This document shows positions 41,829 through 53,000 of a stretch of 64,000 bases of DNA, one piece after another (within the stretch, counting starts at the first letter, position 1; each line of letters opens with the position of its first letter). Source of the stretch: Malacoraja senta. Taxonomy: Eukaryota. A program made the translations under genes and the position numbers. Below the pieces are notes generated by a model that did no database searches, was not told the origin of the DNA, and saw only the letters and a list, made by a program, of their open reading frames with translations. Location of the stretch: contig JAXLNO010000329.1 in the NCBI GenBank assembly GCA_038087875.1, positions 1 through 64,000 on the forward strand, in the 5' to 3' direction.

Positions 41829-44800
41829 CTTTGAACCTTTGACCATTTGACTGACATTTCAACCCTTTGACTCTTACCCTTTGACTATGACCCTTTGCCT
41901 TTGACCCTTTGACTTTGACACTTTGAATTTGACCCTTTGACTTTGACCCTTTGACTGACCCTTTGCCCTTGACCCATTGACTGATCCTTTGAATGACCAT
42001 TTGACTGACCTTTTGACCCTTTGACTGACCCTTTGACTCTGACCCTTTGAACCTTTGACTCTGACTTTGACTCTGACCCTTTGAACATTTGACTCTGACA
42101 TTCTGACCCTTTAACTCTGACCCATTGAATCTGAAACTTTGACTTTGACTCCGACCCTTTTCCCTTGACCTTTTGACCATAACCCTTTGACCATTTGACT
42201 CCGACATTTTGACCCTTTGACTGTGACCTTTAAATCTGACCCTTTGACCCTGACCATTTGTCTTTGACCCGTTGACACTGATCCTTGGAATATTTGACAG
42301 TGACCCTTTGAACTTTTGACTTTGACCATTTGACCCTGACCCTTTGACCCTGACCATTTGACCCTGACCCTTTGAACATTTGACTGACCCTTTGACCCTT
42401 TGACGTTGATCCGTTGACTGACCCGTTGACTCTGTCCAGTTGCCCAGGCCCTTTGACTCTGACCCTTTGACTGACCTTTTGACCATTTGAATCTGACATT
42501 TTGACCCTTTGACTCTGACCCTTTAACTTTGACCCTTTGACTCAGACCCTTTCACACTGACCCTATGAATCTGACACTTTGACTTTGACTCCGACCCTTT
42601 TACTTTGACCCTTTGACTATGACCCTTTGAATCTGACCCTTTGACCATTTGACTGACATTTTGACCCTTTGACTCTGACCCTTTAACTCTGACCCTTTGA
42701 CTCAGACCCTTTAACTGACCTTTTGAATCCGACATTTGACTCTTTGACTCCGACCCTTTTACCTTGACCCTTTGACTATGACCCTTTGACTCTGACCCTT
42801 TGACTCTGACCCTTTGACCATTTGACTGACATTTTGACCCTTTGACTGACCCTTTAAACTCTGACCCTTTGACTCAGACCCTTTAACTCTGACCCTTTGA
42901 ATCTGACACTTTGACTATTTGACTCCGACCCTTTTACTTTGACCCTTTGACTATGACCCTATGAATCTGACACTTTGAATATTTGACTCTGACCTTTTGA
43001 CCCTTTGACTCTGACCTTTAATTCTGACCCTATGACCCTGGCCCTTTGACTCTGACCCTTTGACTATGACCCTTTGATTCTGACCCTTTGACTGACCCAT
43101 TGACCCTTTGACTCTGACCCCATGACCGACCCGTTGACTGACCCTTTGAACATTTGACTCTGACCCTTTGACCCTTTGGCTCTGACCCTTCAACTTTGAC
43201 CCTTTGACGATGACCCGTTGACTGACCGTTTGACTCTGTCCAGTTGCCCTGGCCCTTTGACTCTGACCGTTTGACTCTGACCATTTAACTCTGACCCTTT
43301 GACAGACCCATTAACTCTGACCCTTTGAATCTGACACTTTGACTCTTTGACTCCGACCCATTTACCTTGACCCTTTGACTCTGACCCTCTGACCATTTGA
43401 AGCTGACCTTTTGCCCCTTTGACTCTGGCCTTTAAATCTGACCCTTTGACTCTGACCATTTGTCTCTGACCCGTTGTCACTGACCCTTGGAATATTTGAC
43501 GCTGAACCTTTGACTTTGACCATTTGACCCTGACCCGTTGTCCCTGATCATTTGACCCTGACCCTTTGACTGACCCTTTGACTATGGCCCTTTGACTCTG
43601 ACCCCTTGATTGATCATTTGACCATTTACTCTGACCTTTTGACCCTTTGACTGGCACGTTAACTCTGACGCCTTGACTGACCTTTTGACTGACCCTTTGA
43701 CCCTTTGACTGATCCTTTAAATCTGATCCTTTGACTCTGACCGTTTGACTCTGAACCTTTGACCCTGACCCTGACACGTTGACCCTGATCCGCTGACCCT
43801 TTGACTCTGACCCTTTGACACGGACCCTGACCCTGTGACTGACCCGTTGATCCTTAGACTGACCATTTGACCCTGACCCTTTGACCCTGGCCCTTTGACT
43901 CTGACGCTTTGACCACTTGAATCTGACCGTTTGACTGACCCTTTGACACTGACCCTTTGACCTTGACCCTTTGTCACTTACCCGTTGACTCCGACCCTTT
44001 GAACTTTTGATTCTGACCCTTTGACCCTTTGACTGACGCTTTAACTCTGACCCTTTGACTGAATCGTTGTCGCAGACCCTTTGACCCTGGCCCTTTGACC
44101 CTGACCCGTTGACCCTGACACTGACTGACCCTTTGACTCTGACCCTTTGACTCTGACCCTTTGACTCTTTGATCCTTTGACTGACCCTGACTTTGAGCCT
44201 TTGACTCGGACCCTTTGACCTTTTGACTCTGATCCGTTGGCCCTTTGACTCTGACCCTTTGACTGACCCTTTAACGTTGACCCTTTGGCTCTGACCCTTT
44301 GACTCTGACCCTTTGACTCTGACCCTTTGACTGACCCATTGACTCTGACCCTTTGACTCTGACCCATTGACTCTGACCGTTTGACTTTGACCCTTTGACC
44401 CTTTGACTGACTCTTTGAATGTGACCCTTTGACTGACCCTTTGACCTTGACCATTTGACTCTGACCCTTTGACTCTGACCCTTTGACCATTTGACTGACA
44501 TTTTGACCCTTTGACTCTGACCCTTTAACTCTGACCCTTTGACTCTGACCCTTGGACTCTGACCCTTTGACACTGACACTTTGACTCTGACCCTATGACC
44601 ATTTGACCCTGAACCTTTGACTCTGACCGTTTGACTCTGACGCTTTGACTGACCCTTTGACTCTGACCCTTTGACACTGACCCTTTGAATCTGTCCCGTT
44701 GACTCTGACCCGTTGACCCTTTGACTGACCCTTTGACCTTGTCCCTTTGACTGACCCTTTGACCATTTGACTCTGTCCCTTTGACTCTGACACTTTAACT

Positions 44801-47800
44801 CCGACCCTTTGACTCTGACCCTTTGACTCTGAACCTTTGACACTGACCCATTTACTCTGACCCTTTGACCCTGACCCTTTGACTCTTACCCTTTGACTCT
44901 GACCCTTTGATTCTGTCCCTTTGACTCTGACCCTTTGACATTTGACTGACATTTTGACCCTTTGACTCTGACCCTTTGACTATGACCCTTTGACTTTGAC
45001 CCTTTGACTCTCTTTGAATTTGACCCTTTGACTTTGACCTTTTGACTGACCCTTTGACTGACCTTTTGACCCTTTGACTGACCCTTTGACTGGCCCTCTG
45101 ACTCCGACCCTTTGAACCTTTGACTGACCCATTGAATCTGACCCTTTGACACTGACCCCTTGACCATTTGACTGACATTTTGACCCTTTGACACTGACCC
45201 TTTAATTCTGACCCTTTGACTGACCCTTTAACTCTGATCCTTTGAATCTGATCCTTTTACCATTTGACTCTGACCTTTTGACCCTTTGACTGACCCTTTA
45301 ACTCTTACCCTTTGACCCTGACCATTTGTCTCTGACCCGTTGACACTGACCCTTGGAATATTTGAGTATGACCCTTTGAACCTTAGAATTTGACCCTGAC
45401 CCGTTGACCCTGACCATTTGACCCTGACTCTTTGACTGACCCTTTGGCACTGACCCTTTGACTCTGACCCTTTGGCTCTGTCCCTTTGCCCTGGCCCTTT
45501 GACTCTGACACATTGACTCTGACCCTTTGACTCTTATACCCTTTGACTTACCTTTTGACTCTTTGACCCTTTCACACTGAGCCTTTGACTCGGACCCTTT
45601 GACCTTTTGATTCTGATCATTTGATCCTTTGATGACCCTTTTACTCTGACCCTTTCACTTTGACCCTTTGAATCTGTCCCTTTGACTCTGACCCTTTGAC
45701 TGTGGCCCTTTGACTCTGACCCCTTGACTGACCCTTTGACTCTGACCCTTTGACCATTTGGCTCTGACCTTTTGCCCCGTTGACTGACACTTTAACTCTG
45801 ACCCTTTTACTCTGACCCCTTGACTGACCCTTTGACTCTGAAACTTTGACCTTGACCGTTGAATATTTGACACTGACCCTTTGACCCTTTGACTCTGACC
45901 CTTTGACCCTTTCCGTTTGACCATGACCCTTTGACCCTGACCCTTTGACCCTGACCCTTTGACTCTGACCCTTTGACTCTGAACATTTGACCCTGACCCA
46001 TTGACTCTGACCCGTTGACTCTGACCCTTTGACCCCTTGAATCTGACCCTTTGACCGACAGTTTGACCGTTTGACCATGACCCTTTGATACTGACCCTTT
46101 AACACTGACACTTTGACTCTGACCCTTTGACTGACCCTTTGACCCTGACACTTTGATTCTGACCCTTTGACTCTGACCCTGACCCTTTGACTCTGACACT
46201 TTGACTGACCCTTTGACTCTGACCCTTTGACCCTGACCCTTTGTCTCTGACCCGTTGACTCTGACCCTTTGAAACTTTGACTCTGACCCTTTGACCGTTA
46301 GACTATGACCATTTGACTCTAAACCATTGACCCTGACCCTTTGCCTCTTTGACCCTTTGACTCATTGACGCTTTGACTCTGTCTCTGGCTCTGACCCTTT
46401 GACCCTTTGTCTGACACGTTGATCATTTGTCACTGACCCTTTGACCCTTTGACTGTCCATTTGACCCTGACCGTTTGACCATGACTCTTTGACCGTGACC
46501 CTTTGACTCTGACCCTTTGACTGACCCTTTCACTCTGACACATTGCCTCTTTGACCATTTGACTTTGACCCTTTGACTGTCTCTTTGACTCTGACCCTAG
46601 GACTCTGACACTTTTCCCCTGACGTTGACACGTTGCTTCTGACCATTTGACCCTTTGACTGACCCTTTGACTTTGACCCTTTGCCTCTGACCCTTTGAAC
46701 CTGACATTTGATTCTGACCCTTTGAATCTGACACTTTGACTGACACTTTGACTCTGACCCTTTGATTCTGACCCTTTGACTGACCCTTTGACCCTTTGAT
46801 TCTGGCCTTTTGACTGACCCTTTGACTGACCCTTTCTCTGACCCTTTGTCTCTGACCCTTTGACTCTGACCGTTTGACTGACACTTTGACTGATCCTTTG
46901 ATTGACCCTTTGACTCTGAACCTTTGACTCTGACTTTGACTAGGACCCTTTCAACTTTTGACTCTGACCATTTGACCCCTTGAGTCTGACCCTATGATTC
47001 TTTGACTTTGACCCTTTGACTGAGCCTTTGATTGACCCTTTGACTCTGATCTTTTGAGTTTGACCCTTTGATTGAACATTTGACCCTGACCATTTGACAC
47101 TGTCCCCTTGACTATGACCCTTTGACCCTGCCCTTTGACCCTGACAATGACCCTTTGACTCTGACACTTTGACTGACACTTTGACTCTGACCCTTTGACC
47201 CTGACCCTTTGTCTCTGACCCGTTGACTCTGACCCTTTGAAACTTTGACTCTGACCCTTTAACTCTGACCCCTTGACTATGACCATTTGACTCTGAACTT
47301 TTGACCCTGACCCTTTGCCTCTTTGACCCTTTGACTCGTTGACGCTTTGACTGACACTTTGACTCTGACCCTTTGACCCTGACCCTTTGACTCTGACCCT
47401 TTGATTCTAACCTTTTGACCCTGACCCTTCGACCCTGACCATTTGACACTGACCCTTTGAATCTGTCCCTTTGACTCTGACCCTTTGACCCTTTGACACT
47501 GACATTTTGACCCTGTGACTCTGACCCTTTAACTCTGACCCTTTGACTCTGACCCTTTGACTTTGACCCTTTGGCTCTCTTTGAATTTGACCCTTAGACT
47601 TTGACCCTTTGACTCCGACACTTTGCCCTTGACCCATTGACTCTGACCCTTTGACTGACCATTTGACTGACCTTTTGACCCTTTGACTCTGACCCTTTGA
47701 CTGACCATTTGACTCCGGCCCTTTGAACATTTGACTCTGATCCATTAACCATTTGACTGACATTTTGACCCTTTGACTCTGACCCTTTAACTCTGACCCT

Positions 47801-49219
47801 TTGACTCTGACCCTTTAAATCTGACCATTTGACCATTTGACTGACATTTTGACCCTTTGACTCTGACCCTTTAACTCTTACCCTTTGACCCTGGCCATTT
47901 GTCTCTGACCCATTGACACTGACCCTTGGAATATTTGACTATGACCCTTTGAACCTTAGACTTTGACCATTTGACCCTGACCCTTTGACCCTGACCACTT
48001 GACCCTGACCCTTTGACTGACCCTTTGGCACTGACCCTTTGACTGACCATTTGACCCTTTGACTCTGGCCCCTTGACCGACCCTTTGACTCTGACCCTTT
48101 GACTCTGACCCTTTGACTTTGAACCTTTGACTCTGACCCTTTGACTCTGAACGCTTGACCGACCCTTTGACTCTGACCCTTTGACCCTGACCCTTTGTTT
48201 CTGACCCGTTGACTCTGACCCTTTGGCTCTGTCCCTTTACCCTGGCCCTTTGACTCTGACCCATTGACTCTGACCGTTTGACTCTTATACCCTTTGACTT
48301 ACCTTTTGACTCTTTGACCATTTCACACTGACCCTTTGACTCGGACCCTTTGACCTTTTGATTCTGACCATTTGATCCTTTGACTCGGACCCTTTTACTC
48401 TGACCCTTTCACTTTGACCCTTTGACTCTGGCACTTTGACTGACCCCTTGACTGACCCTTTGACTGACCCTTTGACCATTTGGCTCTGACCTTTTGCCCG
48501 TTTGACTGACACTTTAACTCTGACCCCTTGACTCTGACCCTTTGAGTTTGACCCTTTAACTCTGACCCTTTGACTCTGAAACTTTGACCTTGACCCATTG
48601 ACTCTGACCCTTTGACCCTGACCCTTTGACCCTGAACCATTGACTGACCTTTTGACCCTGGCCCTTTGACTCTGACCATTTGACTCTGATCCTTTGACTC
48701 TTTGTGTCTGACCCCTTGACTGAACCTTTGACTGACCCTTTGACTCTGACCGTTTGACTATGACACTTTGACTTTGACCCTTTGACTCTGACCCTTTGAA
48801 TTTGACCCTTTGACTGACCCTTTGACTCCGCCCCTTTGACCATTTGACATTTTGACCCTTTGACTGACCCTTCAACTCTGACCCTTTGACGATGACCCGT
48901 TGACTCTGACACGTTGACTCTGTCCCTTTGCCCTGGCCCTTTGACTCTGCACCATTGACTGACACTTTGACTTATGCCCTTTGACTCTTACCTTTTGACT
49001 CTTTGACCCTTTCACACTGAGCCTTTGACTCAGACCCTTTGACCTTTTGATTCTGACCATTTGACCCTTTGACTCGGACCCGTTGAGCATTTGGCTCTGA
49101 CCTTTTGCCCCTTTGACTGACACTTTAACTCTGACCCTTTGACTGACCCTTTGACTCTGACCCTTTGACCATTTGAGTCTGTCCCTTTGACTTTCACCCT
49201 TTAACTCTGACCCTTTGAC

Positions 49220-49220
<1 letters not shown>
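41829..49220. repeat. Satellite array segment 2 (more diverged)
   Basis: Same TGACCCTT/TGACTC/TGAC words and orientation as segment 1. Confidence 0.96.

Positions 49221-49252
<32 letters not shown>
49221..49252 (+). repeat. (TGAT)8 microsatellite = retroposon 3' tail (ATCA)n
   Basis: Eight perfect TGAT units directly abutting the AATAAA/stem-loop end of the insert. Confidence 0.95.
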
Positions 49253-49253
<1 letters not shown>

Positions 49254-49670
49254 TTTACTTTATTAATCCCCTTATTCAGGGGAAATTCTGATGTCCTTGC
49301 AGCACATTAATAAAAATACAACATAGCATTAAGAAGTTTAACATTAAACATAAAAACATCCCCCCACAATGGTTCCCACTGTGGGGGAAGGCACAAAGTC
49401 CAGTCCCCATCCCGATGTCCACCCATAGTCGGGCCTATTGAGGCCTCCACAGTCGCCACTACGGAGGCTCGATGTTCCTGGCCGTTCTCGCCGGGTGATG
49501 GTACTCCGGCGTCGGGAGAACCCTCTCAGCGGCTTGGGGTGCCAGGAACGGCTGCCTTCTTACTGGAGACCGCGGCTTCCAAGCCAACAGGCCGCTCTGG
49601 ACGGAGCTGCACATACTGGCGATCTCGGCGAGAGATCCCAGGCTCCGCGATGTTAAAGTCAGCGCCGCCG

Positions 49671-49772
49671 CCCGCAGCTGGCCGCTCCACAGACCCGCGA
49701 TGTTTTTATCGGCGGTCCCCGCAGCTGGCCGCTCCACAGACCCGCGACTCCGCGATGTTTTTGTCGGCGGTT
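49671..49772. repeat. Internal tandem duplication (47-bp offset) in the GC-rich element
   Basis: CCCGCAGCTGGCCGCTCCACAGACCCGCGA at 49671-49700 and 49718-49747, each followed by TGTTTTT(A/G)TCGGCGGT (the second after an extra CTCCGCGA). Confidence 0.9.
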
Positions 49773-50048
49773 CCAGCGTGGCGACCCAGACAAGGCATCG
49801 CCCGCTCCGCGATAGCGCTCCAGCGCTGTGCCGCCGCCGAAGCCGAGGGTCTGGCCAGGTCCCCTCACGAAACGCCGCTCCAGGCCCCGCTGGTAGGCCG
49901 CGAGGACGGGTCGAAGGCGCTGATCGGAGTAAGGCAACCCTCCGACCAGGTAGGGACTCGAAAAACAGTTTCCCCCTTCCCCCCACCAACCCCCACACAT
50001 AAAAAGACTAGGCCCCCTGACTGCACCCTCAACGTACTAAAAATAGGT

Positions 50049-53000
50049 ACCCTTTGACTGAAACTTTGACCTTGACCCAATGACTCTGGCCCTTTAACCC
50101 TGACCATTTGACTGACCCTTTGACTCTGAACCTTTGACTCTGACCTTTTGACCCTGACCCTTTGACTGACCCTTTGTCTCTAAACTTTTGACCCTTTGTC
50201 TCTGACCCCTTGACTGACCCTTTGACTGACCCTTTGATTCTGACTTTGACTGACCCTTTGACCCTTTGACTGACCATTTGACTGACCCTTTGACTATGAC
50301 CCTTTGACTTTGACCCTTTGACTGACCCTTTTAATTTGACCCTTTGACTGACCCTTTGACTGACCCTTTGACTCCGACCCTTTGACCATTTGACTCTGAC
50401 ATTTTGACCCTTTGATTCTGACCCTTTAACTGACCCTTTTACTCTGACCTTTTATCTCTGACCCTTTGAATCTGACACTTTGACACTTTGACACTTTGAC
50501 TCCGATCCTTTCACCTTGACACTTTGACTCTGACCCTTTGACTGACCCTTTGACCATTTGACTTTGACCTTTTGACCCTTTATCTCTGACCCTTTAACTA
50601 TGACCATTTGACCCTGACCATTTGACTCTGACCCGTTGACACATACCCTTTGAACATTTGACTGACCCTTTGACCCTTTGACTTTGACCATGACCTTTTG
50701 ACCCTGACCCTGAAACTTTGACAATGACCCTTTGACACTGTCCCTTTGCCCTAGCCCTTTGACTCTGACCCATTGTCTCTGACCCTTTGAGTCTTTGACC
50801 CTTTGACTCTTACCTTTTGATCCTTTGACCCTATCACTCTGAGCCTTTGACTCGGACCCATTGACCTTTTGATTCTGGCCATTTGATCCTTTGACTCTGA
50901 CCCTTTTACTCTGACCATTTCACTTTGACCCTTTGATCTCACCCTTTGACTCTGACACTTTGACCAATTGAATCTGACCTTTTGACCCTTTGACCCTGAC
51001 ACTTTAACTCTGACCCTTTGACATTGACCCTTTGAATCTGACCCTTTGACTTTGAACCTTTGACTCCGATCCTATGTCCCTTTGACACTGAACCTTTGAC
51101 TCTGACCCATTGACTCTGACACTTTGACTATGTCCCTTTGCCCTGGCCCTTTGACTGACCCATTGACTCTGACACTTTGACTCTTTTGCCCTTTGACTTA
51201 CCTTTTGACTCTTTGACCCTTTCACACTCAGCCTTTGACTCGGACCCATTGACCTTTTGATTCTGAACATTTGACCCTTTGACTCTGACCCCTTGAGCAT
51301 TTGGCTCTGACCTTTTGCCCCTTTGACTGACACTTTAACTCTGACCCTTTGACCCTTTGAATCTGACCCTTTGACTCTGACGCTTTGACCATTTGACTCT
51401 GACCCATTGACTTTCACCCTTTAACTCTGACCCTTTGTCTCTGACCCTTTGCCTGAAACTTTTACCTTGACCCATTGACTCTGGCCCTTTGTCCCTGACC
51501 ATTTGACTGACCCTTTGACTCTGAACCTTTGACTCTGACATTTTGACCCTGACCCAGACCCTTTGACTGACCCTTTGTCTCTGAACTTTTGACACTTTGT
51601 CTCTGACCCCTTGACTGACCCTGTGACTCTGACCCTTTGATTCTGACTCTTTGAATCTGACCCTTTGACCTTTTGACTCTGATCCTTTGACTCTGACCCT
51701 TTGACTATGACCCTTTAACTTTGACCCATTGACTGACCCTTTTAATTTGACCCTTTGACTGACCCTTTGACTGACCGTTTGACTCCGACCATTTGACCAT
51801 TTGACTCTGACATTTTGACCCTTTGATTCTGACCCTTTAACTGACCCTTTTACTCTGACCTTTTATCTCTGACCCTTTGAATCTGACACTTTGACACTTT
51901 GACTCCGATCCTTTTACCTTGACACTTTGACTCTGACCCTTTGACTCTGAACCTTTGACCATTTGACTTTGACCTTTTGATCCTTTAACTGACCCTTTAA
52001 CTATGACCCTTTGACCCTGACAATTTGTCTCTGACCCGTTGACACAGACCCTTTGAACATTTGGCTGACACTTTGACCCTTTGACTCTGACCCTTTGCCT
52101 CTGAACATTTGACTCTGAGCCTTTGACCCTGGCCCTTTGAACATTTGACTCTCACACTTTGACTCTGACACTTCAACTCTGACCCTTTGACTATGACCCG
52201 TTGACTCTGACCCTTTGACTGTCCCTTTGACTTACCTTTTGATCCTTTGACCCTATCACTCTGAGCCTTTGACTCGGACCCTTTGACCTTTTGATTCTGG
52301 TCATTTGATCCTTTGACCCTGACCCTTTGAACCTGACACTTTGACTGACCCTTTGACTGTGACACGTTGAAACTGACACTTTGTCCCTTTGACTGACCCT
52401 TTGACTCTGAACATTTGACCCTGACACTTCGTCTCTGACCCGTTGACTCTGACCCTTTGACCTTGACCCTTTGACTCTGATCATTTGGCTCAGACCATTT
52501 GACTCTGCCCATTTGACTCTGACGTTTTGACCCTTTGACTAACCCTTTAACTCTGACCCTTTGACTCTGACTCTTTGACTTTGAACCTTTGACCCTGACC
52601 CATTGACTCTGACTCGTTGACTCTGACCCTTTGACCATTTGAATGACGCTTTGACCCTTTGACTCAGACCCTACAACGCTGACCCTTTGACTCTGACCTT
52701 TTGGCGCTGAACCTTTACCCTGACCCGTTGATCCTTTGACTCTAACCCTTTGACCCTGACCATTTGACACTGACACTTTGACCCTGACCCTTTGACTCTG
52801 ACCCTTTGACTCCGACCCTTTGACCCTGACCCCTTGACCCTGACCCTTTGACCCTGATCCTTTAACTCTGACCCTTGGACCCTGACCCTTTGACTCTGAC
52901 CCTTTGAATCTGACCATTTGACTGACCGTTTGAACGCTTGACCATGACCCTTTGACCCTGACCCTTTGACCCTGACACTTTGACCCTGACCCTTTGACCC

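Larger units (their letters stand above)
49221..50048 (-). mobile_element. Non-coding GC-rich retroposon (SINE-like non-autonomous element or long LINE 3' UTR) with Rex1/Babar-like 3' end
   Basis: 828-bp non-satellite, CpG-rich insert. The minus strand ends ...AATTTCCCCTGAATAAGGGGATTAATAAAGTAAAA(ATCA)8, i.e. stem-loop + AATAAAGTA + tetranucleotide tail, the layout I recognise from Rex1/Babar 3' termini. It is flanked by ACCCTTTGACT (49210-49220 and 50049-50059) and absent from the paralogous satellite copy at ~51410-51480. No RT motifs were seen. Family assignment is from recall only. Confidence 0.65.

Noticed and set aside
41752..42486. 244-aa satellite-L1 fusion ORF
   Set aside because: Chance in-frame junction of the stop-free satellite strand with the L1 remnant.
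49221..50048. Hammerhead ribozyme or tRNA-derived SINE head in the GC-rich insert
   Set aside because: No CUGANGA...GAAA core on either strand and no convincing A/B boxes or cloverleaf by eye. A covariance-model search would be needed to exclude other ribozymes.
49438..50107. Overlapping ORFs on both strands of the GC-rich insert (e.g. 49539..50057 +, 49459..49998 -)
   Set aside because: Expected from high GC content; R/P/A/G-rich with no recognisable domain.
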